Below are positions 62,180 to 64,000 of a stretch of 64,000 bases of DNA, one piece after another. This DNA is from Puccinia triticina (taxonomy: Eukaryota): assembly GCA_026914245.1 (NCBI GenBank), contig CP110440.1:1798001-1862000 (forward strand), given 5' to 3'. The translations under genes and the position numbers were made by a program. The notes beneath the pieces are model-generated. The model worked only from the letters and a program-made list of their open reading frames with translations, was not told the DNA's origin and did not search any database. The stretch's first letter is position 1. Every line of letters starts with the position of its first letter.

Positions 62180-62859
62180 CTGGGTGGTTGGTTGGTAGTG
62201 CTCATGGGTCAATCCAACAGCCCTCCATACTGTGGTGATACATCATGGTAGCAGACTAACATACAACTCAACATGTCTGAAGTCTGTGGATTCTCCTTCT
62301 GCATGGGGACTCCTGAATTCAAGAATTTCAAGTTTGGCTGACATAATCACATATGTACATGCGGTTGTGGAGCTGGGTTTCACTGTGCAGCAAAATTCCA
62401 AGTCACACCAGGAAACACAGAAAACCATGAAGGAGTGGATCTATTGAAAAGGAGTCAGTGAATAATAGGGTTGAAATTTCATGAGAAAACAGAATCTGAT
62501 GTCAAATCAAGCTTAAATCTTGATCTTAAAAAGTTATGAGACAATTCATATAGAAATAACTGATAAAGCCAGACTTTAGGTCAGCTACATTGACTCTAAG
62601 GCTGAAAAGTGGACACAGGTACCTGTTGGCACTTGGGTACTGCATCAATTTTCACCCAAACCCAACACCTGGCATTGCACCCGGAAATGCGGGAGGAGGG
62701 TACCTCACCAGGAAAAAAAAGTAGTCACTTGATGGCAAGTGACATGACACAGCTTTGTTTTCAGCTCCAACACTGCTCCAATGCTGCTCCTATCCAACAG
62801 CACATCTAGGGCTTGCATGACAGGTTTCAGGATCAAAGCATTCAATGGGACAAAACCAG

Positions 62860-63430
62860 ATGATGCTCAGCTTTGGCCCTAGCCCAGCTGATGCTCAGCT
62901 TTTACCCTGGCTCAGCTGATGCTCAGTTTTTACCCTGGCCCAGCTGATGCTCAGCTTTGGCACCGGCCACCTGATGATCATCTTTGACCCTGGCACAGCT
63001 GATGCTCAGCCTTGGATGTGGCTCAGCTGATGCTCAGCTTTGGCCCTAGCCTAGCTGATTTTCAGCTCTGGTCCTGTCCAAGCTAATCCCCATGTTTTTC
63101 CCTGGCCTGGCTCAGCTGACACTCAGCAAGCTGAGCATCAGCTGGCCAGCTGGCCCAGGACTGGATCAAAGCTGAGCATCAGCTGGGACAGAACTAGGAA
63201 AAGGCTGAGCAAGGACTGGTACAAAGCTGATCATCAGCTGTACCAGGACTAGTACAAAGCTGATCATCAGCTGTACCAGGACTAGTACAAAGCTGAGCAT
63301 CAGCTGGGCAAGGACTAGTAAAAATGTTTTATTACAATTCTGAGATTGAGCTGCGTGAAAAAGCTGAGTATGAGCTGAGCAAAAAAGCTGAGTATGAGCT
63401 GGGTACCAAAGCTGAGTATTAGCTGGACAA
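62860..63430. repeat. Two opposed arrays of a ~27-33-bp minisatellite
   Basis: CAGCTGATGCTCAGCTTT units up to ~63125, then the reverse-complement AAAGCTGAGCATCAGCTG units. Confidence 0.8.
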
Positions 63431-63814
63431 AACTGAGGATCATTTGGGCTCATCAAAAACTGAATAGGACCTCCTTGGTAAATTTTGGAAGTTGAGGAGA
63501 CAGTTGGGAGATTGGGGTAGATAGTGGATAGATATTGGATAGATGTTGGGTAGCTGGCTGGAGCTGGTGTGATGTCACTTGTCATCAACTGACTATTTTA
63601 TTTTCCTGGTGCCTGTGGGTTACCCTAAACCTTTACCACACAAAACAAGGTTGATTGAATAAAGAACCAAAAAAAGGAAACTTCAACTGCAAGAATCAGT
63701 GTCAGTAAATTATTGTGGGAGGGGTTGGAGTGCTTGATCCAGGAGTAATGTAATGTTGTGTGCCAACGCTTAGCTAGAGGAGTATTCATACTCTTGGCAT
63801 CACCCAGCCTGACA

Positions 63815-64000
63815 ATGGCCGAGCAGGTAGAGGTACCTGCTCGGCGAGCTTTTACCTTCTTGGCTAGTAGGTCAACCTGCTGGCCGAGCCGGAGCAGCAT
63901 TGTACCTGCTCGGCGACCAGGTCATCCTGATGGCCAAGCAGGTAAAAGTATCCTCTTGGTGAGCTTTTACCTGCTTGGCCAGCAGGATGACCTGCCGGCC
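63815..64000. repeat. Short palindromic repeat cluster (probable MITE interior), running off the window
   Basis: Repeated GGCCGAGCAGG / CCTGCTCGGC motifs. Confidence 0.5.

Larger units (their letters stand above)
58416..62273 (-). mobile_element. Second TRIM family with tRNA-like LTRs (3' LTR 58416-58630; 5' LTR 58838-58963 + 62185-62273)
   Basis: TSD TGTCT, PBS GGTTATGAGCCCAG (58837-58824), PPT AAGGGGGGG (58639-58631), 207-bp interior. Confidence 0.92.
56994..62607 (-). mobile_element. LTR of the 3118-4081 family, broken by nested insertions
   Basis: Segments 56994-57395, 57756-57991, 58403-58415 and 62274-62607 are colinear with 3118-4081. Confidence 0.8.

Noticed and set aside
63166..63588. 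Hydrophobic repeat ORF (LVLVQLMISFV)
   Set aside because: Translation of the minisatellite array.

Overview
Eukaryotic, repeat-dense fungal DNA. Short GT-AG introns with CTRAC branch points, chromoviral Ty3 elements and lineage-specific ORFs suggest a rust fungus (Pucciniales/Puccinia-like); this is an inference. Most of the window is nested transposons: an intact-ORF Ty3/gypsy chromovirus (44131-49946) and a truncated relative (to 3020), a gag-only LTR element, several solo LTRs with 5-bp TSDs, a decayed hAT, hAT/CACTA/Tc1-type MITEs, a 1.8-kb foldback element and a probable Helitron carrying a PRP17-like fragment. Host genes are two lineage-specific multi-exon genes, a duplicated C2H2 zinc-finger gene, a leucine-rich ORF and a disrupted small secreted repeat-peptide gene. 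The most striking signals are: (1) two different miniature LTR retroelements whose LTRs each contain a tRNA-like cloverleaf and which share a half-tRNAiMet primer site; (2) a secreted precursor built from repeated exons with an invariant PHAVNQLAC core; (3) a self-priming site in the chromoviruses supported by a compensatory base change.
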